A stretch of DNA of 62,435 bases. It comes from Prevotella sp. (GTDB lineage: Bacteria; Bacillota; Clostridia; Christensenellales; UBA1242). Both the position numbers and the translations under genes were made by a program. Below are positions 11,818 through 21,520 of the stretch, in pieces. Position 1 is the first letter of the stretch; every line of letters starts with the position of its first letter. The DNA lies in the NCBI GenBank assembly GCA_023666145.1, contig JAMPCO010000004.1, forward strand, positions 1 through 62,435, written 5' to 3'. The notes under the pieces are model-generated. The model searched no databases and was not told the origin of the DNA. It saw only the letters and a program-made list of their open reading frames with translations.

Positions 11818-12167
11818 CATTTTTATGGGCGTTTTTAATTGGGGGATTGATTTGTACCTTGGGGCAGTTGTTAATTTTGAAAACTAACTGGACCCCAGCA
11901 CGCATCTTGGTGACGTTTGTGGTGTTGGGGGCTTTGTTACAAGTTTGTACGGTCTTTGACCCGTTGAAAGAATTTGCTGGGGCGGGCGTGACCACGCCGA
12001 TTACGGGCTTCGGTGCGGGGTTAGTGAAAGGTACGTTTGAAAACATCGACAAGTATGGTTTTATCGGTATCTTTACGGGCGGGTTAACCGCGATGTCCGC
12101 TGGGATTGCGGTGGCAATTGTTTCGGGCTTAGTGATTGGGATGATTTTCAAGTCGCGTTCGAAATAA
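11814..12167 (+). CDS. spoVAE: Stage V sporulation protein AE (SpoVAEb type)
   Basis: AFLIGGLIC..GQ, TPARILV, AGAGVTTPITGFG. Confidence 0.93.
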   Translation: MTFLWAFLIGGLICTLGQLLILKTNWTPARILVTFVVLGALLQVCTVFDPLKEFAGAGVTTPITGFGAGLVKGTFENIDKYGFIGIFTGGLTAMSAGIAVAIVSGLVIGMIFKSRSK

Positions 12168-13554
12168 TCGTACCCGTCGTAATCAAGATTGCCGCCGCCG
12201 AAGTGGCATTTTGAATCACGCTTTTCACCACGGTTGCGGCATCAATTGCCGTGCAAGTTTGTGGGTTGAAATGATAATTGCGGTTGATTTGGCGGTAAAT
12301 GGCAGGTAACGATTTTTTCAAAATGCGTTCGCCTAGATTTTTACCGTCCAATGCGGCGGCAATTTTTAGGTAAGTTAAGCCTCCGCCTGTGACAACTCCG
12401 TCGCGCATGGCGTTCGTCGTGGCCGCCACCGCATCTTCAATTCTTAAACGTTTTTCCATGGTCGCGGCTTCGGTGGGACAACCCACGCTGATGAGACCAG
12501 CCGTAGTGGTTAAATTGGCAATCCGTTCTTTCAGCCGTGTGCGGCGGTAGTCATCGGTCGCCGCCGCCAATTCGTCTTTAATCATGGCGAGATGCTGGTC
12601 AAAAGACGGGCTTTTTTCGTCACTGATAATGATTATCTGTTCGGGCTCAAAAATAATTTGGTTCGCGTGACCCAAATGGGCGTTGGTGGCTTGGGGCAAA
12701 GTCAAATCATTTTGGGGTGAAATCAGGGTTGCGTTGGTCACAACCGCACAATCCGCCACAGCCTTTGAACGTACTGCCATAATTTGGAGACCGGCTTTGG
12801 CACGGTTCAAAACCAAGGCGTTGATGACTTCGGGGGCGTAATCGTCCGCAACCAAAAGTAAAGGGGTTTGGTTTTGCACCGCCTCTTCAAGCACGGGCAA
12901 AATTTCTTGCATGGATTGGATGGCTCGGTCGGTAACCAATACTTTGGCATGACGCAAAATTTTGCTGTTCAAGTAGGGTGACACCACGCTGGCGGGTATT
13001 TTGACACCGTTGGTAAAGGTTAACTGAGTTGTACCAAATTGGTTCATTTCCAAGGTAATGAAGCCGTCGACCCCGACTTTGGTGAGGGCTTTTGCCACCA
13101 TGGCGCCGTCTTCATCGTTTGCGCAACTGTTGGTGGCGACACGGCGTAAATCTTCGTATTTGTGAATTTGGTGGACGTAGCGTGGCAACAAATCCAAGGC
13201 TTTCCGTGCCGCCACTAATAATTCATCTTTCACCAGCATGGGTTGGTGTCCCCAAGCAATGGCACGGCGCGCGTGATTAGTGATGGCCGTTGCCAACACA
13301 ATCGCGGAAGTGGTACCGTCCCCAGCCTCGGTGTTGGTTTTGAGACTGGCTTGTTTGATGACGTCTGCGCCCAAATTTTCGTGGCGGTTGGGCAGGGTGA
13401 CTTCTTTGGCAATTGTGACGCCATCATTTGTGATCAGGGGACTGCCGTTGTTACGGTCGATAATGACATTCCGTCCGTTGGGGCCAATGGTGATTTTGAC
13501 GATATTGTTTAATTTGTTAACGCCACGGTAAATGGCACGTTGCGCTTTATTCAT
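12148..13554 (-). CDS. groEL: Divergent, shortened chaperonin GroEL (468 aa)
   Basis: TIGPNGRNV, ITNDGVTIAKE, AGDGTTSA, KRLRIEDA, GVVTGGG; lacks the canonical C-terminal part and GGM tail. Confidence 0.85.
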   Translation of the reverse strand: MNKAQRAIYRGVNKLNNIVKITIGPNGRNVIIDRNNGSPLITNDGVTIAKEVTLPNRHENLGADVIKQASLKTNTEAGDGTTSAIVLATAITNHARRAIAWGHQPMLVKDELLVAARKALDLLPRYVHQIHKYEDLRRVATNSCANDEDGAMVAKALTKVGVDGFITLEMNQFGTTQLTFTNGVKIPASVVSPYLNSKILRHAKVLVTDRAIQSMQEILPVLEEAVQNQTPLLLVADDYAPEVINALVLNRAKAGLQIMAVRSKAVADCAVVTNATLISPQNDLTLPQATNAHLGHANQIIFEPEQIIIISDEKSPSFDQHLAMIKDELAAATDDYRRTRLKERIANLTTTAGLISVGCPTEAATMEKRLRIEDAVAATTNAMRDGVVTGGGLTYLKIAAALDGKNLGERILKKSLPAIYRQINRNYHFNPQTCTAIDAATVVKSVIQNATSAAAILITTGTIISNAT

Positions 13555-13804
13555 AAATCACCCCGATGATGTCAAAATTTTGCACTAAGTACAGTTTTTC
13601 GTTATGCGACGAGATTTCGGCGCCTGCGTATTTGTTGATGACAATTTTATCACCAACGGCAACGGGTGAACCATGACCGACTTCGACCACCGTCATGATT
13701 TGGTGGCGTTCGGCGTTCGTGGTGGGAAGGTAAATGCCACCTTTGCTGGTTTGTTCGATGACAGGTTTGCAAAGTACCCTGTCAAATAATGGTTTGATTT
13801 TCAT
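13547..13804 (-). CDS. groES: Co-chaperonin GroES
   Basis: MKIKPLFDRV, TSKGGIYLP, VGDKIVINKYAG; SD AAGGAG upstream. Confidence 0.9.
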   Translation of the reverse strand: MKIKPLFDRVLCKPVIEQTSKGGIYLPTTNAERHQIMTVVEVGHGSPVAVGDKIVINKYAGAEISSHNEKLYLVQNFDIIGVIYE

Positions 13805-13892
13805 TTTTTTTCTCTCCTTGACGCTAACATAGCACGGAATTTTGACGAACAATCATTTTACTGCCACCCAATTTTTGGTTATACTAAGACCG

Positions 13893-14318
13893 ATGGATTA
13901 TATGCAAATGGCAGAAGATTTGGCAAAAACATCGCGTTGTGGACGTAATCATGTGGGGTGCGTGATGGTGCGTGATGGTAAAGTGCTGGTGTCGGGTGTC
14001 AATGGGCAAATCGAAGGGGCAGCGGATTGTGCGTCGATCGGTGGCTGTTTGCGTGAAATCAACCATATCCCAAGTGGTACTGCGGCAGGATTTTGTCATG
14101 CGGTTTGTGCGGAGACGCGTTGCGTATGTGCCGCCGCACGCGACGGTATCGCTTTGAAAGGTGCGACTGTGTATTGCACGCATCGACCTTGTATTATTTG
14201 CATGAAAAATTTGGCCGTGATTGAAGTGGATACGATTTATTACAAGTATGGCTATCCTGACCAACACAGCGATAAGATTGCGCAGTTGGCGGGATTGAAG
14301 GTGGTGCAAGTTGGCTAA
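13893..14318 (+). CDS. dCMP deaminase / ComEB-family Zn deaminase
   Basis: SRC...VGCV, HAVCAE (HAE-like), THRPCIIC (PCxxC); TATACT ends 7 nt before the ATG. Confidence 0.8.
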   Translation: MDYMQMAEDLAKTSRCGRNHVGCVMVRDGKVLVSGVNGQIEGAADCASIGGCLREINHIPSGTAAGFCHAVCAETRCVCAAARDGIALKGATVYCTHRPCIICMKNLAVIEVDTIYYKYGYPDQHSDKIAQLAGLKVVQVG

Positions 14319-15642
14319 AACCCCCGTTGTGGCTTTGGTCGGACGACCCAATGTGGGTAAATCGACATTGTTTAATACGCTATCCGAAAACGGGCAAAGC
14401 ATTGTCGATGATTTGCCTGGTGTGACGCGCGACCGCATTTATGCGGATTGTGAATGGGCGGGCAATAATTTTTCGTTAGTCGATACGGGCGGGGTTTCGT
14501 TTGAAGCGGGGGCTTTCAATGCGCACATTAAAGAGCAAGTTGAAATCGCGGTGAGTATCGCCGATGTCGTAGTTTTCGTGGTGGACGGTATGGTGGGGGT
14601 GACCGCGGAAGATATGCAGGTCGTGAAGTTATTACGGACTTTCGGTAAACCATTGGTGTTGTGCGTCAACAAACTGGACAACCAACAGTTACGTGATAAT
14701 ACGTTGGCGGAATTTTATCGTTTGGGTGTGGGGGACCCGTTACCCGTTTCGTGTGCACAAAAAACGGGGTTGGGCGATTTGTTGGATGCCGTGGTGCAGA
14801 AATTGCGTGCCAAAAATTTATTACGACCACAGGCTCCGCAGGACGTAAAACGCATTGCCATTATTGGACGACCCAACGCTGGGAAAAGTTCGTTGGTCAA
14901 TGCGTTACTCGGCGAAAAGCGGGTGATGGTGAGTGATATTGCTGGTACGACTCGTGATGCGGTGGATAGTCCTTTCAATTATTGTGGTAAACCTTACATT
15001 TTGACGGATACCGCGGGCATCCGTCGTAAACGCAGTGTTGAAGTAGAAACGGTTGAATATTACAGTGTTTTGCGCGCGATTCATAGTATCAAAAACAGTG
15101 ATGTGGTTTTATTGGTCGTGGATGCAACGCAAGGTTTGACCGAACAAGACGTGCGTTTGGCGGGCTACATTCACGAAGCAGGGCGTCCGTCGGTAATCGT
15201 GATTAACAAATGGGATTTAGTCGTTAAGGACAGTTACACGCAATTGGATTTTGCCAAAAAAATTGCGGCCGATTTAGCCTTTATGCCGTACTTCCAAGCA
15301 ATCTATATTTCGGCGTTGACGGGACAACGGTTGGGCGAAGTTATGAGCACGGTGGAACGGGTTTTAGCGAATACCGTGAAACGGATTACCACGGGGCAAT
15401 TAAACGATTTGATTTTGGACGCGGTTGCTATGACTCCGCCGCCGTTTCGGGCAGGGCAACGTCCCAAGTTTTTGTATGCCACCCAAGTATCCGTGGCTCC
15501 GCCGACTTTTGCTTTGTTCGTGAACAACAAACAGATTGTGGGTAAGACTTATTTGCGTTATTTAGAAAATACGTTGCGGAAATCAGTTGACTTTTCGGGA
15601 ACCCCTGTTAGACTGCTTCTCAGAAATCGGGAGAAAGAATAA
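14311..15642 (+). CDS. der: Ribosome biogenesis GTPase Der (EngA)
   Basis: Two G-domains (GRPNVGKS, GRPNAGKS), DTGG/DTAG, NKLD/NKWD, KH-like C-terminus. Confidence 0.97.
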   Translation: MAKTPVVALVGRPNVGKSTLFNTLSENGQSIVDDLPGVTRDRIYADCEWAGNNFSLVDTGGVSFEAGAFNAHIKEQVEIAVSIADVVVFVVDGMVGVTAEDMQVVKLLRTFGKPLVLCVNKLDNQQLRDNTLAEFYRLGVGDPLPVSCAQKTGLGDLLDAVVQKLRAKNLLRPQAPQDVKRIAIIGRPNAGKSSLVNALLGEKRVMVSDIAGTTRDAVDSPFNYCGKPYILTDTAGIRRKRSVEVETVEYYSVLRAIHSIKNSDVVLLVVDATQGLTEQDVRLAGYIHEAGRPSVIVINKWDLVVKDSYTQLDFAKKIAADLAFMPYFQAIYISALTGQRLGEVMSTVERVLANTVKRITTGQLNDLILDAVAMTPPPFRAGQRPKFLYATQVSVAPPTFALFVNNKQIVGKTYLRYLENTLRKSVDFSGTPVRLLLRNREKE

Positions 15643-16349
15643 TGTACTGGTGGTTATTCCTGCTTTGTCCAATCGCATATTTAGTCGGCGGCTTTAATGT
15701 GTCGAAGACCATCACCAAATTGCGGCATGTGGATTTATCTCATGTGGGGTCGGGCAACGCGGGGGCAACCAATATTGGGCGCGCCATGGGCTTCAAGTGG
15801 TTCTTGTTAGTCACAATTTTAGAATGTTTGAAATGTGCTGGCATTTCCGCCATGGGCTATTTGTTCGTCAGTTTGTATACTGGCACTTGGACTGGGTATC
15901 AAGAAAGTCATTATATCGTGATTTTGGCGATGGGGTTAAGTGCGGTCTTCGGTTCAATTTTTCCTGTTTGGTATCATTTCAAAGGCGGGAAAGGTTTGGC
16001 GACTTGGATTGGCTTAGCGTTTGTTTTGAACCCGTTAGTCATGTTGGTGGTGGCGGTGGTGTACATTCCGTTGTTGGCACTGACACGCATCATGTCATTG
16101 TCGACGATTTCGGGGGTTATTACTTGGGCGGTATTGTCGTTGTGGTTAGAAGCACCGTTGACCGCCCCTGTGATTGTGCTTTATTGTGCTTGCGTGTTAT
16201 TGATTTTGTATTCGCACCGCAAAAATATCTTCCGCTTATTCACGGGTAAAGAAAATAAATTCATCTTAAAGAAAAATCGGCAACTACAGGCAAGCACTCC
16301 TGAAACCGTCGAGCCAGCCCATGATAGCACCCAGCACCAGTCCCATTGA
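15642..16349 (+). CDS. plsY: Glycerol-3-phosphate acyltransferase PlsY
   Basis: GSGNAGATN, FKGGKGLAT, HRKNI.RL..G.E; conserved position after der. Confidence 0.92.
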   Translation: MYWWLFLLCPIAYLVGGFNVSKTITKLRHVDLSHVGSGNAGATNIGRAMGFKWFLLVTILECLKCAGISAMGYLFVSLYTGTWTGYQESHYIVILAMGLSAVFGSIFPVWYHFKGGKGLATWIGLAFVLNPLVMLVVAVVYIPLLALTRIMSLSTISGVITWAVLSLWLEAPLTAPVIVLYCACVLLILYSHRKNIFRLFTGKENKFILKKNRQLQASTPETVEPAHDSTQHQSH

Positions 16350-16413
16350 TTTTGGTACTGCCACACAAAAAAAATCAAGTTATAACCGTGTACATTGATT
16401 CATAATCATGGCT

Positions 16414-17883
16414 ATGAACAATCAGGTTTTTGAGAACATTGCGACCCGTACAAATGGTGATATCTATTTGGGGGTAGTTGGGCCAGTCCGTTGCGGTAAG
16501 TCGACTTTTATTACCAAATTCATGCAGCAGTTGGCGATTCCCAACATCGAAAACAGTTACGAACAGCAACGCGTCATTGACGAATTGCCGCAAGCGGCGG
16601 ACGGAACCGCGGTCATGACAACACAACCGAAATTTGTGCCGAACCGTGCGGTAGGCATTAAAATTGGTGATGCTGCGATGCGTGTGCGCATGATTGATTG
16701 CGTTGGTTACATGATTGACGGGGTCAATGGTTTGGAGGAGGGGGGACATATCCGCAATGTCAAGACGCCATGGAGTGACGTCGAAATGCCTTTTGACCAG
16801 GCCGCGGAAATCGGCACGCGGAAAGTCATTGTTGATCACAGCACAATTGCGGTGGTCATCACTACGGATGGCACGATTACCGATTTACCACGCGAAAATT
16901 ACGTTGCCGCCGAAACCAAAGTGATTTTTGAATTAAAACAATACGGTAAACCGTTTGTGGTGGTGGTCAACAGTAAAAATCCGAACAGTGATACTTGCCG
17001 TGCCATTTGCAACGAAATTCAAGAAAAATTTAACGTACAAGCGTTGGGTCTGGATTTAGAAAATTTGGGCACGCACGAAATTACCGCAATCTTTAACGGT
17101 ATTTTGGCGGAGTTCCCTGTAACTGGTTTCAAAGTTAATCTGCCAACGTGGCTGCAAGTCATGCCGAGCAACCATCCCGTCATTGTGGATGCAATTGAAC
17201 GTTTACGTCGTTACACCAAAACCGTGCGCCGGATTTCCGATAATAATCCTGCCACTGTTTGTGCGGATAGCCCTTATTTTAACGCCGTTGAAACCAGCGA
17301 AATTGATGTCGCGACGGGCACAATTGTTTACAATTTGGTTCCCAAAAATGATTTATACTTCAAATTGATTTCGCAGGAAAGTGGTTTGAAAATCCAAAAC
17401 GAACAACATTTAATGGCGTACATTCAAAAGGCGGCAGGCAAAGCCAAAGAGTATGACAAATTAAAAGACGCCATCGACGCTGCCGAAACCAAAGGCTACG
17501 GCGTGGTGGTACCAACTTTGGACAGTTACAAATTGGATACGCCGCGTTTGTACAAGCACGGTAAAAATTACGGCTTAAAATTACGTGCCACGGCACCCAG
17601 TTTACACATCATCAAAGTTGATGTCGGCAGTGAAGTAACTCCGACGATTGGCACACAAGAACAATCCAAAGAAATGTTGGAATTTTTGGAACGCGAATAC
17701 GAAACCAACAAGGAAGCCGTTTGGCAAACCCCGATTTTCGGCAAATCGTTAGACGAAATCATGCAGGAAGGTGTGGGTGCCAAAATTGCTAATATGCCTG
17801 CCAATGCGATGAAACAAATGAAACGTACCATTGGTAAAGTGGTGAACAACGGCAAGGGTGGCATTATTTGTATCTTGTTATAA
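16414..17883 (+). CDS. spoIVA: Stage IV sporulation protein A (spore coat morphogenetic ATPase)
   Basis: IATRTNGDIYLGVVGPVRCGKSTFI, DELPQ, TTQPKFVP, C-terminal GGIICILL; alternative start 16408. Confidence 0.97.
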   Translation: MNNQVFENIATRTNGDIYLGVVGPVRCGKSTFITKFMQQLAIPNIENSYEQQRVIDELPQAADGTAVMTTQPKFVPNRAVGIKIGDAAMRVRMIDCVGYMIDGVNGLEEGGHIRNVKTPWSDVEMPFDQAAEIGTRKVIVDHSTIAVVITTDGTITDLPRENYVAAETKVIFELKQYGKPFVVVVNSKNPNSDTCRAICNEIQEKFNVQALGLDLENLGTHEITAIFNGILAEFPVTGFKVNLPTWLQVMPSNHPVIVDAIERLRRYTKTVRRISDNNPATVCADSPYFNAVETSEIDVATGTIVYNLVPKNDLYFKLISQESGLKIQNEQHLMAYIQKAAGKAKEYDKLKDAIDAAETKGYGVVVPTLDSYKLDTPRLYKHGKNYGLKLRATAPSLHIIKVDVGSEVTPTIGTQEQSKEMLEFLEREYETNKEAVWQTPIFGKSLDEIMQEGVGAKIANMPANAMKQMKRTIGKVVNNGKGGIICILL

Positions 17884-17919
17884 GCACACTTTTCGCGTTT
17901 CCCGCATATAGAGTGGGAT

Positions 17920-18630
17920 ATGATTTTTGAAAATTTCATTACCTTTTTAAGCAAAGTACTTTTCTTTTCTGGGCTGGTTAATGATAAAAATTCTTTCCCC
18001 AAACCATTATCGAAAAAAGATGAGTTAATGTATTTCCAAAAATTTTGGCAAGGCGATTTACAAGCCAAGGATATTTTAATCCGCCACAATTTGCGCTTGG
18101 TGGCACACGTCGTCAAAAAATACAATGGGGCGGCCGAAGCCGACGATTTGATTTCGTGTGGTACGATTGGTTTGATCAAAGCCATCAATTCCTTCAAGGC
18201 CGATAAAGGTACCCAAATTTCGACGTACGCTTCTCGCTGTATTGAGAACGAAGTCTTAATGTTTCTCCGCGTTTCCAAAAAACACCAGCAAGTCGGTTCG
18301 TTGAACGAAAGTTTGGGAGATGACCATGACGGGAACGAAATTTCCTTGGTAGATATTATTACCGACGACCGCGAACAATCGGATATCGACGTCGCCATGC
18401 ACCAACAGTTAATGCAAAAGTTAGTGGCGACAATGCAGCAGCGGCTGGGTGAACGCGAATTCAAAATTGTCAGTTTGCGTTATGGACTAAACGACCACGT
18501 CGCCTTACCGCAACGCGAAGTCGCTAAACAATTGAATATCAGCCGCAGTTACATTTCACGGATTGAGAAGCACGCCTTGGAAGTGGTGCAACAAATCGTG
18601 CGTGAACCAGCCTTTCAAGATTTCCGTTAA
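17920..18630 (+). CDS. sigK: Pro-sigma-K, mother-cell sporulation sigma factor (uninterrupted, no skin element)
   Basis: Hydrophobic pro-sequence then SFPKPLS, HNLRLVAHVVKKY, DDLISCGTIGLIKA, YASRCIENE, ISRSYISRIEK. Confidence 0.93.
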   Translation: MIFENFITFLSKVLFFSGLVNDKNSFPKPLSKKDELMYFQKFWQGDLQAKDILIRHNLRLVAHVVKKYNGAAEADDLISCGTIGLIKAINSFKADKGTQISTYASRCIENEVLMFLRVSKKHQQVGSLNESLGDDHDGNEISLVDIITDDREQSDIDVAMHQQLMQKLVATMQQRLGEREFKIVSLRYGLNDHVALPQREVAKQLNISRSYISRIEKHALEVVQQIVREPAFQDFR

Positions 18631-18660
18631 ACCCCTTATATTTCAATCAAAATTTGCGTG

Positions 18661-18687
18661 GCAGTTACGCGTGGTAACTGCTTTTTT
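18661..18687 (+). terminator. Rho-independent terminator after sigK
   Basis: GCAGTTAC-gcgtg-GTAACTGC followed by TTTTTT. Confidence 0.85.
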
Positions 18688-18698
18688 GTGTGTTAAGG

Positions 18699-18917
18699 TT
18701 AAAGGTCCTCATCGTCGTCGTTCCATGCATCCCAATAACTGGTTGGCTGTGCCCGAGCGGTGGGACTGCGGGCTTTGCGGTGGCGTACCGTTGGTCGTGT
18801 CGTCAGTGACTTTTTGGCGACCAAAGGTAAATTGACGGGAACAATGGCCAACAAGATTAACCCGACGATGCTGGCAACCGAAGCCAATAAACAAATGTAA
18901 AAGTACAACGGATACAT
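18699..18917 (-). CDS. Small membrane protein (72 aa), divergent from the terminase gene
   Basis: MYPLYFYICLLASVASIVGLILLAIV TM helix, basic middle, acidic end; TATCAT ends 6 nt before the ATG. Confidence 0.5.
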   Translation of the reverse strand: MYPLYFYICLLASVASIVGLILLAIVPVNLPLVAKKSLTTRPTVRHRKARSPTARAQPTSYWDAWNDDDEDL

Positions 18918-18950
18918 GGTGCCATGATAACGGGTGCCTTGGGGAGAATT

Positions 18951-20429
18951 ATGGAAAATGATGTCATCAACTTGAAAAGTTTGTCGGCGGACGCGCCATT
19001 GCTGCAATATAACGATTGGCCGCATCTCGCGGTGAAACCACAAGTGCGTGTCAGCGCTGTACCGCCAACGGTGAGTCCCAATGAACCACCGCGGCAACAC
19101 CAGAAGCAGTTAGCCTTTCATCAGTCGCTGGCCAAAAGTCGATTTGTGTTTGGTGGTAACCGCACGGGGAAAAGTGTTTGTGGTGCGATGGAGACCATTT
19201 GGTACGCGACGGGATTACACCCGTTTCTGAAACTTGACCGTGCGTGTGATGGGTGGGTTGTCAGTTTGACGCGCCAGGTGCAACGCGATGTGGCGCAAGC
19301 CAAAATTTTACAATATTTACCGCCCGAATGGATTGTGAAAACGGTGATGGTGTCGGGAAGTGCTTTTGCACCCGCCCACGGGGTGATTGATTTTATTTTG
19401 GTGCGGAATGTGTTTGGTACGGTTAGCAAAATTGGTTTCCGTAATTGTGAACAAGGACGGGAACGGTTCCAGGGAGTTTCTTTGGATTTCGTGTGGTTTG
19501 ATGAAGAACCACCCGAAGAGATTTACGATGAATGCTTATTGCGGTTATTGGACCGTGGCGGGGTGCATTGGGTGACGATGACTCCGTTAAAAGGGCGCAG
19601 TTGGGTTTATGAGCGGATTTATTTACGCCAAGAGCGGATGCCCGATCTGGCGTGTTTTTGGATCAGTTGGGACGACAATCCCTATTTAACACAAGCAGAA
19701 AAACAATTCCTTGCGGCCAGTTTACCACCCGATGTTTTGGAAAGTCGCAAGTTTGGTCATTTTGTGGCGGCAGAAGGACAGGTGTTTCCCAATTTTGATG
19801 TCGCCAACATCATTGAACCGCTTGTTTTAGAACAGCCCGATGCGTATTATTTGGCGATTGACCCTGGCTACCGTAACCCGACCGCGGCGGTATGGGTTGC
19901 GGCAGTGGGCGAAAACCTTTACGTGGTTAGTGATTATGAAGTAGCAGGGTTGACGGTTGCCGAGCACAGCCAAGCACTTTTACAACGTACTGCGGATTTA
20001 GGCTGGGATTTGCCACAGATGCGCATTTTAATTGACAGTGCCGCTAACCAAAAAACCTCGGCGTGTGAAGTTTCGACCGCTATGCAATACCGTTACCACG
20101 GTTTAGCGGTGGACACCAACGTTAATAAAAATTTGGCGCAGGGCTTATTAGAAATGAAAGCACGTTTTGGTAACGCGGACGGCCAGCGCAGTTTGTTTGT
20201 GTGTAAAAATTGTGTGAATTTAATCGGCGAATTACGGGGCTATTATTGGGGCGACGGGGAACAACCGCAAAAAGTGAATGACCACACGATTGATGCTTTA
20301 CGGTACATCGTGATGGATTGGCAACGGCACTCACAAGAACAAGCAGTAGTATTAAACACTTTGGGACAAGCCAAAAAAGATTTAATCAAAAGACTGGCAG
20401 GAAAACGTTTCAGTACGGAAAAGTTGTGA
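18951..20429 (+). CDS. Phage terminase large subunit (P22 gp2-like)
   Basis: Q-motif QLAFH, Walker A GGNRTGKS, Walker B VWFDEE, coupling motif TMTP, nuclease motifs AIDPG, IDSA, NDHTIDALRY; SD GGGGAG. Confidence 0.92.
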   Translation: MENDVINLKSLSADAPLLQYNDWPHLAVKPQVRVSAVPPTVSPNEPPRQHQKQLAFHQSLAKSRFVFGGNRTGKSVCGAMETIWYATGLHPFLKLDRACDGWVVSLTRQVQRDVAQAKILQYLPPEWIVKTVMVSGSAFAPAHGVIDFILVRNVFGTVSKIGFRNCEQGRERFQGVSLDFVWFDEEPPEEIYDECLLRLLDRGGVHWVTMTPLKGRSWVYERIYLRQERMPDLACFWISWDDNPYLTQAEKQFLAASLPPDVLESRKFGHFVAAEGQVFPNFDVANIIEPLVLEQPDAYYLAIDPGYRNPTAAVWVAAVGENLYVVSDYEVAGLTVAEHSQALLQRTADLGWDLPQMRILIDSAANQKTSACEVSTAMQYRYHGLAVDTNVNKNLAQGLLEMKARFGNADGQRSLFVCKNCVNLIGELRGYYWGDGEQPQKVNDHTIDALRYIVMDWQRHSQEQAVVLNTLGQAKKDLIKRLAGKRFSTEKL

Positions 20430-20452
20430 TTTAATACGGGCAGGGAGGAGAA

Positions 20453-21520
20453 ATGCAAAGCAAGCAAAGCAAAAAACAAATCATTGATGCCGTCTTAAAC
20501 GATTACGAAGCACGCAAAGAAGCACGCCGTGGTTTAGAAAATAAATGGAAAAATAACTTAAATTTTTACCATGGTGACCAGTACGTGGGCTATACCAAAC
20601 AATACTATTGGCAGTCGACCGAAAGTTTCAATCATATTGGCCCCTTGGTGGAAAACCGTTTGGCAATCTTAGCCGAAGTGCAACCCACCGTGCAAGACAA
20701 ATTGGTGCAAGCGGTTTTCGAGCAGTTACGTTTCAAACGTTTAATTGAAGAAGGCAATTTTTGGCAGGAGGTCACTGGTTCGGTTTTTTATAAAGTGACC
20801 AAAGTCGACAATCAACCATCAATTACGGTTTGTTCGCCGTTGGAAATTTATCCCGATAAATTAGATGTTTCCAACATGGCAGAAATTGGTTCCATCATCC
20901 ATGCAAAAAAAGTGGATGACCAATTAGTGATTGAAAAGTGGGGGCGCGACCATCTCACGATTATTCGCGACCAGACGTTAATTTACGATGGCGATTTGCC
21001 GTATCCTTTCCCGTTTGTGCGGGGGACCAGTGAATTGGTCGCGGGGCAATTTTTTGGTAAATCCGTGGTCGATCGGGTGATTCCCGTACAACGTGCCTAC
21101 AACGCGATTAAAAATCGTCGTGCCGAATTCATGAGTCGGATGGCGTGTGGTGTGGTCGCGGTGGAAGATGGCAGTGTTGATTTGGACAGTTTGGAAGTGG
21201 ATGGCTTATGCCCAGGTAAAATCATCGTTTACCAACAAGGTTACCGCGAACCCAAATTTATGGAAGCAGGTGCTATCCCTGATGAATTAACCAAAGAGGA
21301 AGACCGTTTATTAAACGAATTTAATACGATCAGTTGCGGGGGTGATTTGTTGTCAACCTTAGCCAACCGCGCTACCATCGGCGAAGGAGCGTTAACGATT
21401 TACAGTGAACAAGCCAAACGCCAACTCCGTCGTCCGATTCAAAGTATTGAAGATGTTTACGAACAGGTCGGTCAAAAAATCTTAGCAATTTTAGGAGTGG
21501 AACATGGAAAATCAAACTGA
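20453..21520 (+). CDS. Putative phage portal protein (compact, 355 aa)
   Basis: Follows terminase; W..NLNFYHGDQ, FNHI.P.VE, FFGKSVVDRVIPVQRAYN pattern typical of podovirus-type portals; SD GGAGG. Confidence 0.7.
   Translation: MQSKQSKKQIIDAVLNDYEARKEARRGLENKWKNNLNFYHGDQYVGYTKQYYWQSTESFNHIGPLVENRLAILAEVQPTVQDKLVQAVFEQLRFKRLIEEGNFWQEVTGSVFYKVTKVDNQPSITVCSPLEIYPDKLDVSNMAEIGSIIHAKKVDDQLVIEKWGRDHLTIIRDQTLIYDGDLPYPFPFVRGTSELVAGQFFGKSVVDRVIPVQRAYNAIKNRRAEFMSRMACGVVAVEDGSVDLDSLEVDGLCPGKIIVYQQGYREPKFMEAGAIPDELTKEEDRLLNEFNTISCGGDLLSTLANRATIGEGALTIYSEQAKRQLRRPIQSIEDVYEQVGQKILAILGVEHGKSN

Noticed and set aside
13805-13860. TAGCAC half-site upstream of groES as a CIRCE
   Set aside because: No matching second arm at 9-nt spacing.
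17568-18464. 298-aa minus-strand ORF and similar long antisense ORFs (4916-5521, 24830-25501, 30097-30723)
   Set aside because: Shadows of well-supported plus-strand genes, with no motifs or start signals.
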